Part shown: piece by piece, positions 13,559 through 26,800 of the stretch
How positions within the stretch are numbered: the stretch's first letter is position 1
How the letters are laid out: each line of letters opens with the position of its first letter
DNA from: Bispira polyomma
Taxonomy: Eukaryota
Direction: 5' to 3'
Length of the DNA: 64,000 bases
Assembly (NCBI GenBank): GCA_965649765.1
Contig: OZ287756.1
Location: 17,422,001 to 17,486,000, forward strand
Notes under the pieces: model-generated
Told to the model about the DNA's origin: nothing
What the model saw: only the letters and a program-made list of their open reading frames with translations
Databases searched by the model: none
Program-made: the position numbers and the translations under genes

Positions 13559-15226
13559 TCTCGTAAAATAAGGTTTATAAATATGATTAAACATAATTAA
13601 TAAATTCAGAAAAAAGAACTGTGCCAAATAATGTTTGTATGCCATCATGTACTACAGCATAAAATTAGAAGAAAATAAATACAGTATTTCCACTACTAAC
13701 TGCTTTATTGAAACTTTGGGTTGTTTTTGTTTTCTGGAGATTTTTAGTGAATGAACAGCATTTATTGTTAAATAATTTGTCAACACACAAAGTGAATTTT
13801 CTTACATGAAATGTTTTTTTTCCCAGTGTCATGGGCCACAATTGTTAAACTAACACCAATTATTGCAACAGTTTGTATTACAACTGTTTGTGTCAAGCTT
13901 ATAACATATTATTTTTAAAATAAGAGTTGTGAATATAATTCTGAAGTATATTTTAGCATAAGTAAGCACACATAGATCTATCTAATGAGGGGGATAGGAT
14001 ATTTAACTACATTTTATAAGCAGCCACTTATTTTCTAAAAGCAGGCACACATACACACACCTATTTTACACACAGATTGCCAATACAGATTTTATTACTA
14101 AACACAGCTAGACTTGTGAGGTTTGTGTTTAATATATTCCTCTTATAATAGAACACTCAAGCTGATAATGTACACTGTTAACAGAGAAAGAACAGAATTT
14201 GTGTTAACTCACAACTAAGTAAAAACAAATTGGTATTGACAGGGGCTGTGGTTTTCCATTATCGCTCATGTTTCCTCACTTTTTCAAAAAGAAAAAAGTT
14301 AAATGTCCATCCAGATAGTTTATGTTCATTCAGTTTGAACTGATGAAACTTTCTGGTATATTTTCTTTCTGAACAAGTGGCTTATCTTTGTAAATCTCAC
14401 TCTGGTGTGTGTTTGCAAAAACTTTCTACGCGCTGTGTAGTGAGAATTACAATCTAGTTAAACATCTCTGACATCACACAGAGACCTGCATGTGGAGGCC
14501 TGCACTTGGCAAGTTCGGACACTTGTCTTCCTGAGGCCCAAAGTAATTAGTTGATAGTGCTGATTATATGGGATTGGGATCTTTATAGAGTGTATGTGTG
14601 GGGTTATACTTATGTTTATTATTGTTCTAGCATACACTATTAAAATATAGGACATTTTTACATGCTAAAATACCCTTTAACACATGCATAATCAGTACAC
14701 TATTAACTCCGGAATTCTAGAAAAGAAATGATAGGCACACACATAATATGCCGGAATTTTGAATTACACAATTAATAAAAATGGGACAAGTACCTATAAA
14801 CAACATGGCTGAGCCCAAAAGGTTGACACTGTCAAATGACAGTAATAAGAGCCCTAAAATGTGACACTGAGATAAGAGTTTAACCCCACCTAAAAAAGTG
14901 AGTTTGAAAAGAGTTGACATTTGAAAAAACAAATTAGATGATTATATCTTTTATTTGTTATTTATTTTGTTTCTAATTTTATTAATTTGATTAAACCCTT
15001 TATCACTATGGTAATGCTATGGTATTCTATATCTGCAATTACATCAAATAAGATTGAATGTGTTAAACAATCCTGAGAGTGACTGGTGAACTGACATGGT
15101 TTTTTTAATTAAGCAATGGTGAAATAGAGAAACTATCAGACTTCTATACAAAACAAAATCTGAGTTAATCCTGTATGACTATATGATGTTGTTTTGGTGA
15201 GTTTATAATACACATTTAGTTCAGTT

Positions 15227-16729
15227 TTACTGTATACTAGCCACTGTCCTAAAACTCTCATCTCTTATCTCTGAGGCGATGAGATTTGCAGTTTCCGTTG
15301 ATACTTTCATATCATTTGACACACTCTCATGTGGTGGCTCTGCGGTTGTGACAAATTTCACATACAGCAACAATACGGTAGAGGGAAGAAGTAAGACTGC
15401 AGAAATGGCAAACACAAAGCCATTCATCCATTCAATGGTGGCAAAGAACATGGCATTGTAGGCTGTAGTCCCCAAGAATAACATCATCAGTTGAGAAAAG
15501 TGCATCACAGCATAGATAGAACCTTGCTCGTCCTCTCCAGCTTGCTTAGATGTCAGAGATCTAGCACAAGCCCACGGTATTTGATGGAACAATTTTACCA
15601 CACTAGACAAATAAATCAAGACGGATGTCTTTGCGAATGCCAACATTAGAGAGCCTACCATAAAGGAGATAATTCCCAGAATGTTGATTGATGCTTCACA
15701 TAAACATTTCAACAGAAGAGGTATTCCTGGTATGACCCCTACCCCACCGATAAGATACGTCACCAGATAAAACATTCCAATCTGTTCTTCATCCAAGTTC
15801 AAAGGGTCATTCTTGAGGAATAGAACCGTTGTCCTTTCTTGGCCAGCTTGTACAAAGGCATACAAGATCAATGCAATAAGCACACACCACATTGTCTTGT
15901 GTCTTCCTGTGTCCCATCGGAATAAATTCTTGATGCCAATGATACCATCTATAGTACTTTTAGCACGCTTCTGTCGAGTGTCCGAAAGTTCAGGTTCCTT
16001 AAGAAGTATAAACAGCATCAAGAAGACCAAAAGTGAGCAGACAATAAATGCCATGAAGGGTATAGTGTAATCTCCAGTAGACTGAAGCCACTTACTACTA
16101 ATATAATTACTGATGCCATATGTGAAGCAGTAATAGATATGAACCATAGCGAGTCTCAGACTTCTTCTGTCTACTGTGTCTGTGTCGGAGATATAAGAAG
16201 AAATCCCTACAGTAAAGCCTGCCAAGTTACCAGATAAGCCATACAATACTGAAGTACAGTACAACAAAGGTTTGGTGGCTGGATGTTCAATGTCTCCATG
16301 ACTAATGTAGAGCGGTAGCAGAAAGCCTAGTCCATACACAACATTCCCCAGACAGGGTAGCCAGATGAGCAGACGTCTGTTCCCTCTGATGTCACTGTAC
16401 AGACCAAGTATCAAGACAATTACAGCTGTAGGGAATAACTCGGCCATGTTTAAGTAGAGCACCAGTAAAGTGGTCTCCTGTTCTATCTTACTGGTCACAG
16501 TATGGTTCACTGAGGTGGTGTTGGTCCCTGTGTATGGCCTGTACCTCTTACCCACGATGTAATACAAATACTGCTGTATTAGAGGTATAGCCAGGTTTGT
16601 GACAGCCAAGTACAACACCAGGGACACTTCAAACAACACTCTCTGGAACAGGGGTTTATTGATGACAGTCCAACATCTTGACCATTGGCTGCTCTTCTCC
16701 ATGACTGGTGGGGGTGTTGAGCCTCCCAT
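15227..16729 (-). CDS. SLC46-family (PCFT-like) MFS transporter, intronless, copy 1
   Basis: 500-aa ORF with about 12 hydrophobic segments. Motifs QQYLYY, GLYSDIRGNRR, SYISDT..RSLRLA and RSLTSKQAGEDEQG are typical of SLC46. Confidence 0.88.
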   Translation of the reverse strand: MGGSTPPPVMEKSSQWSRCWTVINKPLFQRVLFEVSLVLYLAVTNLAIPLIQQYLYYIVGKRYRPYTGTNTTSVNHTVTSKIEQETTLLVLYLNMAELFPTAVIVLILGLYSDIRGNRRLLIWLPCLGNVVYGLGFLLPLYISHGDIEHPATKPLLYCTSVLYGLSGNLAGFTVGISSYISDTDTVDRRSLRLAMVHIYYCFTYGISNYISSKWLQSTGDYTIPFMAFIVCSLLVFLMLFILLKEPELSDTRQKRAKSTIDGIIGIKNLFRWDTGRHKTMWCVLIALILYAFVQAGQERTTVLFLKNDPLNLDEEQIGMFYLVTYLIGGVGVIPGIPLLLKCLCEASINILGIISFMVGSLMLAFAKTSVLIYLSSVVKLFHQIPWACARSLTSKQAGEDEQGSIYAVMHFSQLMMLFLGTTAYNAMFFATIEWMNGFVFAISAVLLLPSTVLLLYVKFVTTAEPPHESVSNDMKVSTETANLIASEIRDESFRTVASIQ

Positions 16730-18186
16730 GTTTCTAAACCTAAACTGTATATTGACTGTCTAAACTAGTATACTGATTGCTAGTATACTAAATTCCATCA
16801 TCCCCAGTAACTCCAGTGTATATATGTAATATCAATCATATTATGAGAAAACAGATATCACCAGATATACAACTATTATTACTACAAACTAGGTACATGA
16901 ACAAAACTTGTATATATCCTTTACACTTTGAAATTTATATGAACTACCCTTCTCACATATTTGGTGCACTGAAAGCTACCCGCCCGTGTGTATATGATGT
17001 CTAATGTTTATAGCATTCAGTGTCTCTAGTTGAGTATTTTTAATGAATGTTTTGAAAACTATCTACAGTATCCATAAAAGTAGATTTCCATATATGGTCT
17101 ATTTATTCTCCACTTCGTGTATTATGCTAGAGTTGTATGTATTCACGTTTGTACAGTTGGTATTTATATTTAAATGTAACAACATGACATGTACTTCAGT
17201 GCTTGTCATATCATCCCTTGCATATTATGTTACAGAGAGAGAGAGAGAGATTTATTTTATTATAGTGCCACCTGCTTCCAATATTCTATATATGTTGTAG
17301 TTTAACATAGCATAAACATAGCAGCCAGCCCCGCATACACGGGGTTATGAGACACTTTGTTACTTATAGATCATGGGAATAAAAATAAAAGATACAGTGT
17401 AACGCAATAGCATATACTAACGTGATAAATATAGATATATACAAATAATATATATAGTATAAAACAAACAACATATACAAGCATGTGATATATGGATATA
17501 TGTTTGTATAATTTTACAGGGCCTATTTAAATAATAATAGAGATTTATGTTTAGCACAGTTCTACCAAATAATTGAAAAAAAATGTTATGTTTTTTTCTG
17601 CATTAGCAATTTAACATGTAGAAAAAATCCACAAAAGTTTAAGTTTCAGTATGTAGAAAGAAAATTTAACTCATTGTCTCTCTGTAATTTTAGATGGAAG
17701 CGCTTGTATTATGGACACTGAAGTACATGTAATATTGTTGCATTGTAACATCAATACCAACTGTACAAACAAATGTGCATACATATAACTCCAGCATAAT
17801 AAGGGAAGTGCAGAATGAACAAACCATATACAGAAATTTACTTTCATGGATATTGTTAGAAAGTTTTCAAAACTTGATTATAAACACTCAACAAAAGACA
17901 CATGATGTTATAAACCTTGTATACCACACAGAGCACTCACACAGGGGTACTTTCCAGTATTCCAAATATGTCAGAAGGGATAGATGAATTTTGAAGTGTA
18001 ATAGGAATACAAGTTGTTGGGGTAGTAGTTTTGTAGTTATAATCGTTTTACATCTGGTGATATCTGTTCTCTGTTAACATGATTGATATTACATATAAAC
18101 TGAAGTTACTGGAGATGATAGAATTTGGTATACTAGTGTTTAGTATACTAGTTTAGACAGTCAATATACAGTTTAGGTTTAGAAAC

Positions 18187-19674
18187 ATGGGAGGCTCAAC
18201 ACCTCCACCAGCCGTGGAGAAGAGCAGCCAATGGTTAAGATGTTGGACTGTCATCAATAAACCCCTGTTCCAGAGAGTGTTATTTGAAGTGTCCCTGGTG
18301 TTGTACTTGGCTGTCACAAACTTGGCTATACCTCTAATACAGCAGTATTTGTATTACATCGTGGGTAAGAGGTACAGGCCGTACACAGGGACCAACACCA
18401 CCTCAGTGAACCATACTGTGACCAGTAAGATACAACAGGAGACCACTTTACTGGTGCTCTACTTAAACATAGCCCAGTTGTTCCCTACAGCTGTAATTGT
18501 CTTGGTACTTGGTCTGTACAGTGACATCAGAGGGAACCGACGTCTGCTGATCTGGTTACCTTGTCTGGGGAATGTTGTGTATGGACTAGGCTTTCTGCTA
18601 CCACTCTACATCAGTCATGGAGACATTGACCATCCGGCCACCAAACCTTTGTTGTACTGTACCTCAGTATTGTATGGCTTGTCTGGTAACTTGGAAGGTT
18701 TCACTGTAGGGATTTCTTCTTACATCTCAGACACAGACACAGTAGACAGAAGAAGTCTGAGATTTGCTATGGCTCATATCTATTACTGCTTCACATATGG
18801 CATCAGTAACTATATCAGCAGTAAGTGGCTTCAGTCTACTGGAGATTACACTATGCCCTTAATGGCATTTATTGTCTGCTCACTTTTGGTCTTCTTGATG
18901 TTGTTTATACTGCTCAAGGAACCTGAACGTTCGGACACTCCACAGAAGCTTGCTAAAAGTACTATAGATGGTATCATTGGCGTCAAGAATTTATTCCGAT
19001 GGGACACAGGACGACACAAGACAATGTGGTGTGTGCTTTTTGCATTTATCTTGTATGCTTTTGTACAAGCTGGCCAAGAAAGGACAACGGTTCTATTCCT
19101 CAAGAATGACCCTTTGAACTTGGATGAAGAACAGATTGGAATGTTCTATCTGGTGACGTATCTGATCGGTGGCGTAGGGGTCATGCCAGGAATACCTCTT
19201 CTGTCAAAATGTTTGTGTGAAGCATCAATCAACGTTCTGGGAATTATCTCCTTTATGGTAGGCTCTCTGATGTTGGCATTCGCAAAGACATCCGTCTTGA
19301 TTTATTTGTCTAGTGTGGTAAAATTGTTCCATCAAATACCATGGGCTTGTGCTAGATCTCTTGCATCTAAGCAAGCTGGAGAGGACGAGCAAGGTTCTAT
19401 CTATGCTGTGATGCACTTTTGTTCACTGTTTATGTTATTCCTGGGGACTACAGCCTACAATGCCATGTTCTTTGCAACCATTGAGTGGATGAATGGCTTT
19501 GTGTTTGCCATTTCTGCAGTCTTACTTCTTCCCTCTACCATAATGTTGCTGTATGTTAAATTTGTCACAATGGGGAGTGTGTCAAATGATATAAAAGCGT
19601 CAACAGAAACTGCAAATCTCATTGACTCAAAGATAACGGGTGAGAGTATTGGGAAAGAGGCTGGTATACAGTAA
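18187..19674 (+). CDS. SLC46-family (PCFT-like) MFS transporter, intronless, copy 2
   Basis: 495-aa ORF, >90% identical by inspection to copy 1, divergently oriented. Confidence 0.88.
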   Translation: MGGSTPPPAVEKSSQWLRCWTVINKPLFQRVLFEVSLVLYLAVTNLAIPLIQQYLYYIVGKRYRPYTGTNTTSVNHTVTSKIQQETTLLVLYLNIAQLFPTAVIVLVLGLYSDIRGNRRLLIWLPCLGNVVYGLGFLLPLYISHGDIDHPATKPLLYCTSVLYGLSGNLEGFTVGISSYISDTDTVDRRSLRFAMAHIYYCFTYGISNYISSKWLQSTGDYTMPLMAFIVCSLLVFLMLFILLKEPERSDTPQKLAKSTIDGIIGVKNLFRWDTGRHKTMWCVLFAFILYAFVQAGQERTTVLFLKNDPLNLDEEQIGMFYLVTYLIGGVGVMPGIPLLSKCLCEASINVLGIISFMVGSLMLAFAKTSVLIYLSSVVKLFHQIPWACARSLASKQAGEDEQGSIYAVMHFCSLFMLFLGTTAYNAMFFATIEWMNGFVFAISAVLLLPSTIMLLYVKFVTMGSVSNDIKASTETANLIDSKITGESIGKEAGIQ

Positions 19675-20547
19675 AACTGAACTATATGTGTATTATAAAC
19701 TGACCAAACAGCCTCATATAATAACACAAGACTGCCTCAGTATTTGTGTTGTATAGAAGTTTGATAGTTTCTCCCTCTAGTATTTGCTTAATTGAAAAAC
19801 CATGTCAGTTCACTAATCTTTCAGGATTGTTTAGCAACACATTCAACATTAATTTGATGTAATTGCATGTGTAGGAGACCGTAGGGTTACGATAGTGATA
19901 TAAGGTTTACTAGAATTAACATATTAGAATCAAAATAAATAACAAATAAATAATATAATTGTAAATTTTTTTTAATGTCATTAAATCTTTTTAAGCTCAC
20001 CTTTGCATCAGTGTCACATTTTAGGGCACTGATTCCTGTCATTGACAGTGTTAACCTTTAGGATTTAGCCATATTGGTTGTAGGCATTCGATTGTGTTAT
20101 TTAGGCATATCATTTGTGTTATTATTTTATTGAATGCTGGAGTTAATAATATACTGATTGTACATGTGTTAACATGCTTATAATGTAACTGGTGGTTTTA
20201 TTTGTATGTTATCAACCATATCTGTTTCATGTAAAAATTTAATAACAAGTTAGATTAAGGGGTAATCTTTTCGGGGCACACTTATGTAATGTGGATGCCA
20301 AGGTGCTTGTACTAAACAGTTAGGGTTGTGTTCTGGGGTGCTTATTCTTAAAATAAACTCGAGCTCAAACAAAATGATTGAACAGACTATATATTTGATT
20401 GAATGATTGATACTTACTATTTAAAAAATTATTACGAAATAATTTAAATGACAAGATCTATAAAGCAATAAAGTTACTATATAGCAACACGCTATCATAA
20501 AAGTTAATAATTAATTTTCTGAATAGTTTGAAATCTATAGTAGTTTT

Positions 20548-20660
20548 TCCCAGGGGGATATTCTGTCACCAACGCTCTTTGTGTTCTACATTACCAAACT
20601 GGCAACACAAAATATAACAGTTATAGCAATTGGAGAGCTGACTATGCAATATATAATAAT
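20548..20660 (+). pseudogene. Short LINE RT remnant
   Basis: Translates PQGDILSPTLFVFYI (QG..LSP.LF motif of non-LTR RT). Confidence 0.5.
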
Positions 20661-23600
20661 AAGTTGGATGCTGAAGAGGTCAGGGTAATAAAATCATTGG
20701 GAGAAATTGTGTCTGCAAAAAAGGCTAGCGACAGGAAGAATAGTCAAAATCCCAAAGGTCAGAGCTCCAGTTTTCTTCTAAAAGTGTGTCCGTTTGCTCT
20801 AGCCTTGTTTGTGATGGGCCTGCTAAGCTAGCCCCAACAATTACTGTTCCTCCTGCAACAAATCACATGATGGGCTCCAAATGTAACCAATTAAAACTTT
20901 CCCCTCAAATTTGTAAAAGTAAGCAATTACATACTTCAGAACATTTTCTCCATACATTTATACCGAATAATTTCTTGCTGCAGAGCAAAACCTGACACAA
21001 AAATTTCATTTTGGAGATCACATAACCTAATAAAGGGCAAAATCTAACAACAGACATAAATTAGTTTAGTTTAAATGACTTTTAGTGGGAAATAATTGAA
21101 ATATCTATTTAGGCCAAAAGGGAGTAAGAGAGTAATAGAATAATAAAAGTTTCAAGATAGTAAAATTATCTGAAGCCCAATGCACTTATTTATTGAAAAC
21201 AATGTGTTTGGAACTGATAGGGGATTTTGAATTTTCCACCACAAATACTAGCTACTTGTTGTTAAAGCTGCAATGTTCCTCCTCTGCATGACCTTGTGTC
21301 ACCTTTTGGATCACTTTGTGTTACACTTTCTTCACAAATTTTTATTTGTTTAAAACATGTACTTTTTTATTACATAACACATACATGTATTCTTGATTGT
21401 TAGGTAATATCACACTCTATTACATACCTATGTTAACACAATGCTTTAAAATTACTTCCTGTTAACATTTTGTTGGATTACCAAAACTGTAGATATTACA
21501 ACACATGACCCATGGTGTGAGATGCTTAATCCATGGACTAGCAAAGACTAGATATGAATCTCTAAGTGTAGTATATAGTAATAAAAAGTTAAAATTACAA
21601 AGAGCAAGTCATGGCTCAACTCTTAGTGAGCCATAATTCAAGTTTAAGAGGAAGCAGGAGGGTGTGGGTGTGCAGTGCTCTTCCCTCTACACTTCCCAAC
21701 TAATGAGCCCACTTTTTAAAATTAGTATAAAGTCTTGCAGCTGAGCTAACCTGAACTGTTGGTACATTAAACATAAGAGCTGTCCATCTGAAAGTGCACT
21801 TCGGTTGTAGGCCACTTGGTGTACATACTCTGTTTAAATCCCTTTTAACTGACATGGTTATGCTACTGTTTTCCACATACCCTCAACAATATGTTCTGTT
21901 GCTTTATAACTCAGTAACATAAATAAGTTGATGAGGAATGTGAGGAATTCAATAGAAAAATATATTTATTGAACTCTTTTGATCTTTTTATAATACATGT
22001 TCATATGTACCATCCTGTTTTATTGGTGTAATGACCAATGCTGTAATGATCAATGAGGAATAATGGCTAAGTATAACATATGCATATTAAATATATTCCA
22101 TAATTAATGTGTAACATCTGTGATTTTACACTGTTTCTGTTATAGAAGTTGTACACTATACAAAGCCTTGCATTTAGTTTAATTGCTTTTCATAGCTAAC
22201 TTTAATTGCTTTGCATGGGACTAATATAGTAGCAGGCCAGGCTGAGAAAGTAACCCTAAAGAATTATTATCATAATATATAGCTTAGATGACTATAACTT
22301 ATCTCATTGAATAATCACTTAAATGAAGGCCCTGACAAAGATAATTCCTGGGAAACATCACACTTTAAATGTTATCATGGAATTTGGTTTAACACAACAT
22401 TTGTGGGTCGATCAAACTGTGTCGTGATGGTTGGAGCCTGATCATGACATAATTAATGAATGTCATTGTTTCACTACTATTTTAAAGTATAAATATAAAT
22501 TAATACCCTCCTTAAAGAATCCTGTATCGATCTTGAAGTTAATATGTCCAGAACTCTTTATTTCACCGTAAGATTTGTGAATCTATTTAGAACAGGGCTA
22601 GTGAAAACTGAACATGTTTTAAATTATGTCACACTTGACACAACTTACTTATTTACTTACTTACAAATGTCTTGAGCCAGAGGAATATTTAATGGGGGCC
22701 TGCAGGACACATTTTTAATTTACCTATTACATTTACACAACTTTTACCCACACCCTCCATACATTTGTATGTAATTAAATGTATATAAAAATAGTATTTC
22801 AAAGTTTGTTCATTGATACATTATTAGTTAATGTGTTGATACATTATTGGCGTGGTAATATTTGATACATTATTAGTCAACGGTGTAAGATCCCTGTACT
22901 GACAAATTCACAGATGTGTCCAGCGCGGGCTTGGCAAGTACTTCTAGCCATCACCCCGGGCACAAAAAACATCCCTTTATTGTATAAAAGTTTGTGTTAA
23001 TTGACTTCCACTAACAGGCAGTAGGTTACACAAAAACTTACATACAATTCTCATTGGACTTGGCATGAAAGACTCCATCACTTTCCATTTCTTCAAAAGG
23101 TCGGGCTTTTAATTCGCCTGTTCAGGATATTCAAAATCAGGGCAAATGGTCATCAGACTGTGTGTGGCGTTACATCACACAAAATCATTTAGCATCTGAC
23201 CAGGTAGTTTGGCCATCTAAGCTAGACTTTCTATTTCCACTATCTCCTAATTGGGCTTTGGTGCTCTTTTTCATGAAATAATTTACATTTTACAATTCAT
23301 ATTTTTAACGTTTAGTCAAATCTTAAGGTCACCTTATATTAAACTTTATTATGCTAAACTTAAACTACGTTCACCTTAAAAAATAAATGTAACTTAAACT
23401 GATAAGGTTACCTTAACTTCAGTTGACATCAACACTTTAAAACGAATGTAAGGTTAACTTAATCTCAGTTTCTGTAAACTAAAGCCTTAAGGTGTGGTAA
23501 ACTTAAAATTATAAGGTGGCTTTACTTTCTATTTACAATTATAAATAAAAGTTTTTTATACAATCTGTACATAGTTTAGAATACAGAAAGAATCTATCCA

Positions 23601-23889
23601 AAATGCTGGTCTCAATACAAGATCAAACATAGCAAGACTTAATTACTCAACGTCAAAACTTCATAGGATTAGGACGAGGCACTAATAATACACATATTGA
23701 CATTGATTATACATATTGATGTTATAATAATATAAATGATGATATCATCATATAAATACAGACATAGCTGGGTAACTATCATGTACTATTGTGCTATAAA
23801 TTATTATATCTGTAACTTATATAACTTGCTATTAAAAAAAAAAAAATAAAATAAAAAATTAGTAACTCATGATAGATACTGATCAATGT

Positions 23890-26800
23890 TGTTACATAAA
23901 CACTCCTGAGGGGGTCAGTTAGTTAATGGGTAACTTAATTAAATATTTTTCTATTATTTTGTTATTTGTATATATTGATGAACTCTATTTACAAAGTATT
24001 GGATTTCCAAGAGCATTGATGGATATAAAATGCAAGAGTAGAAGTGATTCAGATCATTGTATTTTTGTGTATTTGCAAAGGTTAGTTGATGATTATAACT
24101 GTAGCATTTCCATCTTCTTTAGAAGCTATCATCCACCATGATAGATTCAGTTTACTACAGGGCAGCAAAAAGACACGATGCACTAAATTTTTGTTGCAAA
24201 TATTATTTAATATTGTCACATTTAAAAATTCATAGAAATGTCAATATTAAGTTTCTGTTATATACTATTGTTTATTTCATACTTAAGTGTGGTGATGTTC
24301 AACCAAATCCTGGTCCCTCATCAGGTATTGGCTCTACATTTTTCAAAATGTGTCATGTAAATGTCAGAAGTTTATGCTCTAATAATTTCAGTAAGGTTGA
24401 CATAATAAGAACAAAATTATCCATACAGGAAGGATATGATATCATATGTGTTGGGGAAACTTGGTTGGATTCTTCAATATTGGACAGTGATATTAGCTTG
24501 GAGGGATATTGTATATTTCGCAGGGACCGTAATAGGCATGCCGGAGGAGTAGCTATGTACATTTCAGATCACTTAGGTTTTCAATACGTAACCGACACTG
24601 ACACTTTTGATACTGAAACATTAATCATAGAATTAGTAATAAATGGTAAAAAAGTCTTTGTTTTGTGCTGTTATAGACCACCTGGCTTTTCTGCTGAGCA
24701 AGTTGACGAATATTTAGTAAAATTCCAATCAATCTTAGACTCACTTTACATTAAAAAATATGATGCCATCCTCATATTTGGAGATTTTAATGATTGTTGT
24801 ATTGACTGGAATGACGAACATCCAGCAAGTGAACTGAAATCTAAATTTAGAAATCTGATTTCACATAACAATTTGATTCAGATTATAAGTGAACCAACAC
24901 ATGTTACTCCCACATCAGCTTATCTGTTAGACCTAATAATTACTGATTCTCCAAGTTTGATAATGGACCAAGGTATTGACGAGCCAATTGGTGATCCTTA
25001 TCATAGTATGGTATATTGTAATGTAACTTGTACCAATACTAAAGATAGAGCCTACACTAGAAATGTATGGCATTATGACAAGGGGAATTATGAAAGTTTC
25101 AGGACTGAATTAGGATGTATGCCTTGGCATGTTATGGATAACTTCGAAATTAGTGAATGGGCTGAACTTTGGACTAATGAATTTTTAAGTATAGCAAAAA
25201 AAAATATTCCGTTTAGACAGGTAAAAATTAAACCAAATGACAAATACTACATAACATCTGAGATCAAAAGGATGTTACAAAAAAAAAAAATAGAATGTGG
25301 AAAATGTGGCATAGAACAAAAAACTACAATTATTATGAATGCTTTAGTGTGTTAAGGAAGGAAGTGAAATTTGCAATAAAAAATTCAAAACATTACTTTG
25401 ATAATAAAATCATAGAAAAATTGAATAGTCCCCAGTGTTCAACTAAAGATTACTGGCATCTATTAAAGACAATTTATGGCAATAAGCATAAACCTAGTAT
25501 ACCAAGTATCATAGATGGTGATAATATAATATCAGTGACAAAACAGAAAACGGACTTGTTTAATCAATATTTCTGTTTAAAAGCTCAACTTCCTGACAAC
25601 AGTAACCTACCACAGCTTCCCAAAATATTTGAAGTACCAAAGTACTGTTTATCTTCAATTAACACAAATGAAGAAGAGATAGAAAAGATTATTAGTTCTT
25701 TGAATGTAAAAAAAGCTAATGGTCCAGATAATATCAGTAATAAACTCTTAAAAGAAGCCTCCTCAAGTATATCCAGTTCCCTATGTTGTTTATTCAATTC
25801 TTCTCTGTCAAAGGGGACAGTACCTCAATGTTGGAAAATGGCTAATGTCACACCTGTATTCAAAGGAAAGGGTAGTAAGCAGGAAACAAAAAATTATCGC
25901 CCTATCTCATTGCTATCAAATGTAGGAAAATTAATGGAACGTATTGTGTTTAAACATGTGTATAAATACTGTTTTGAAAACAAAATTTTAACATGGAGAA
26001 ATTCGGGTTATAAACCGAATGACTCCACAGTTAATCAACTATTAGCTATTACCCATAAAATCTATCAGGCCTTAGAAAAGGGTGAAGATTATTGCTTTAT
26101 ATCATTAGATGCAACCGCTGCATTTGACCGAGTATGGCATGCAGGGATGATTTATAAACTGCAAAAAATTGGTATTACTGGGCCCCTTTTAGAATGGTTT
26201 ATTGATTATTTAAAGGATAGAAAACAGAGAGTGGTCATTGGAGGACAAAATTCTGAATATGTCAGTATAACAAGTGGAGTTCCACAAGGCTCTATACTGG
26301 GTCCATTGCTATTTCTAATCTACTTTAATGATATGGTAGATGACACAAAAACTGAGAGCTTTCTTTATGCAGATGACACCTCCCTGTGTGAAGCTATATC
26401 AGACAGTCAGAGTTGTTTTGAAAAGTTAAATCAGGATTTAAAAATAATAGAAAATTGGGGTAAGCATTGGCTTGTAAAGTTTAATCCCACTAAAACAAAA
26501 TATATTATTTTTTCAAAAAGATTAAATCAGCCTCATTATCCAAATTTATATTTTGGAGATGAAACAATTCAGTGCGTAAATACCCTAACACATTTAGGGA
26601 TAACATTTAATTCAAAACTGACATGGAATAATCAAATAGAAAAGATCCTAGACCGAGCATACAAATCACTATCACAACTAAAAAGGGTTTCATTCCAGTT
26701 ACCACATTTAGCAAAAAGGCAAATTTATATAAGTTTTGTGCGTCCGATCCTAGAATATGGTGCAGAACTGTTTGACAACTGTACCGAAGAACAAAGTAAA

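Larger units (their letters stand above)
14678..20172. repeat. Inverted segmental duplication (arms ~14678-17245 and ~17675-20172, ~430-bp unique spacer)
   Basis: Homology extends through both flanks. Examples: 17176-17210 versus 17710-17750, and 14678-14710 versus 20140-20172. Confidence 0.85.

Noticed and set aside
15279-19727. Antisense ORFs overlapping the SLC46 genes
   Set aside because: Shadow frames of the real coding sequences.
22915-23260. Possible transposase remnant
   Set aside because: Looks coding-like but I could not reconstruct a diagnostic motif.
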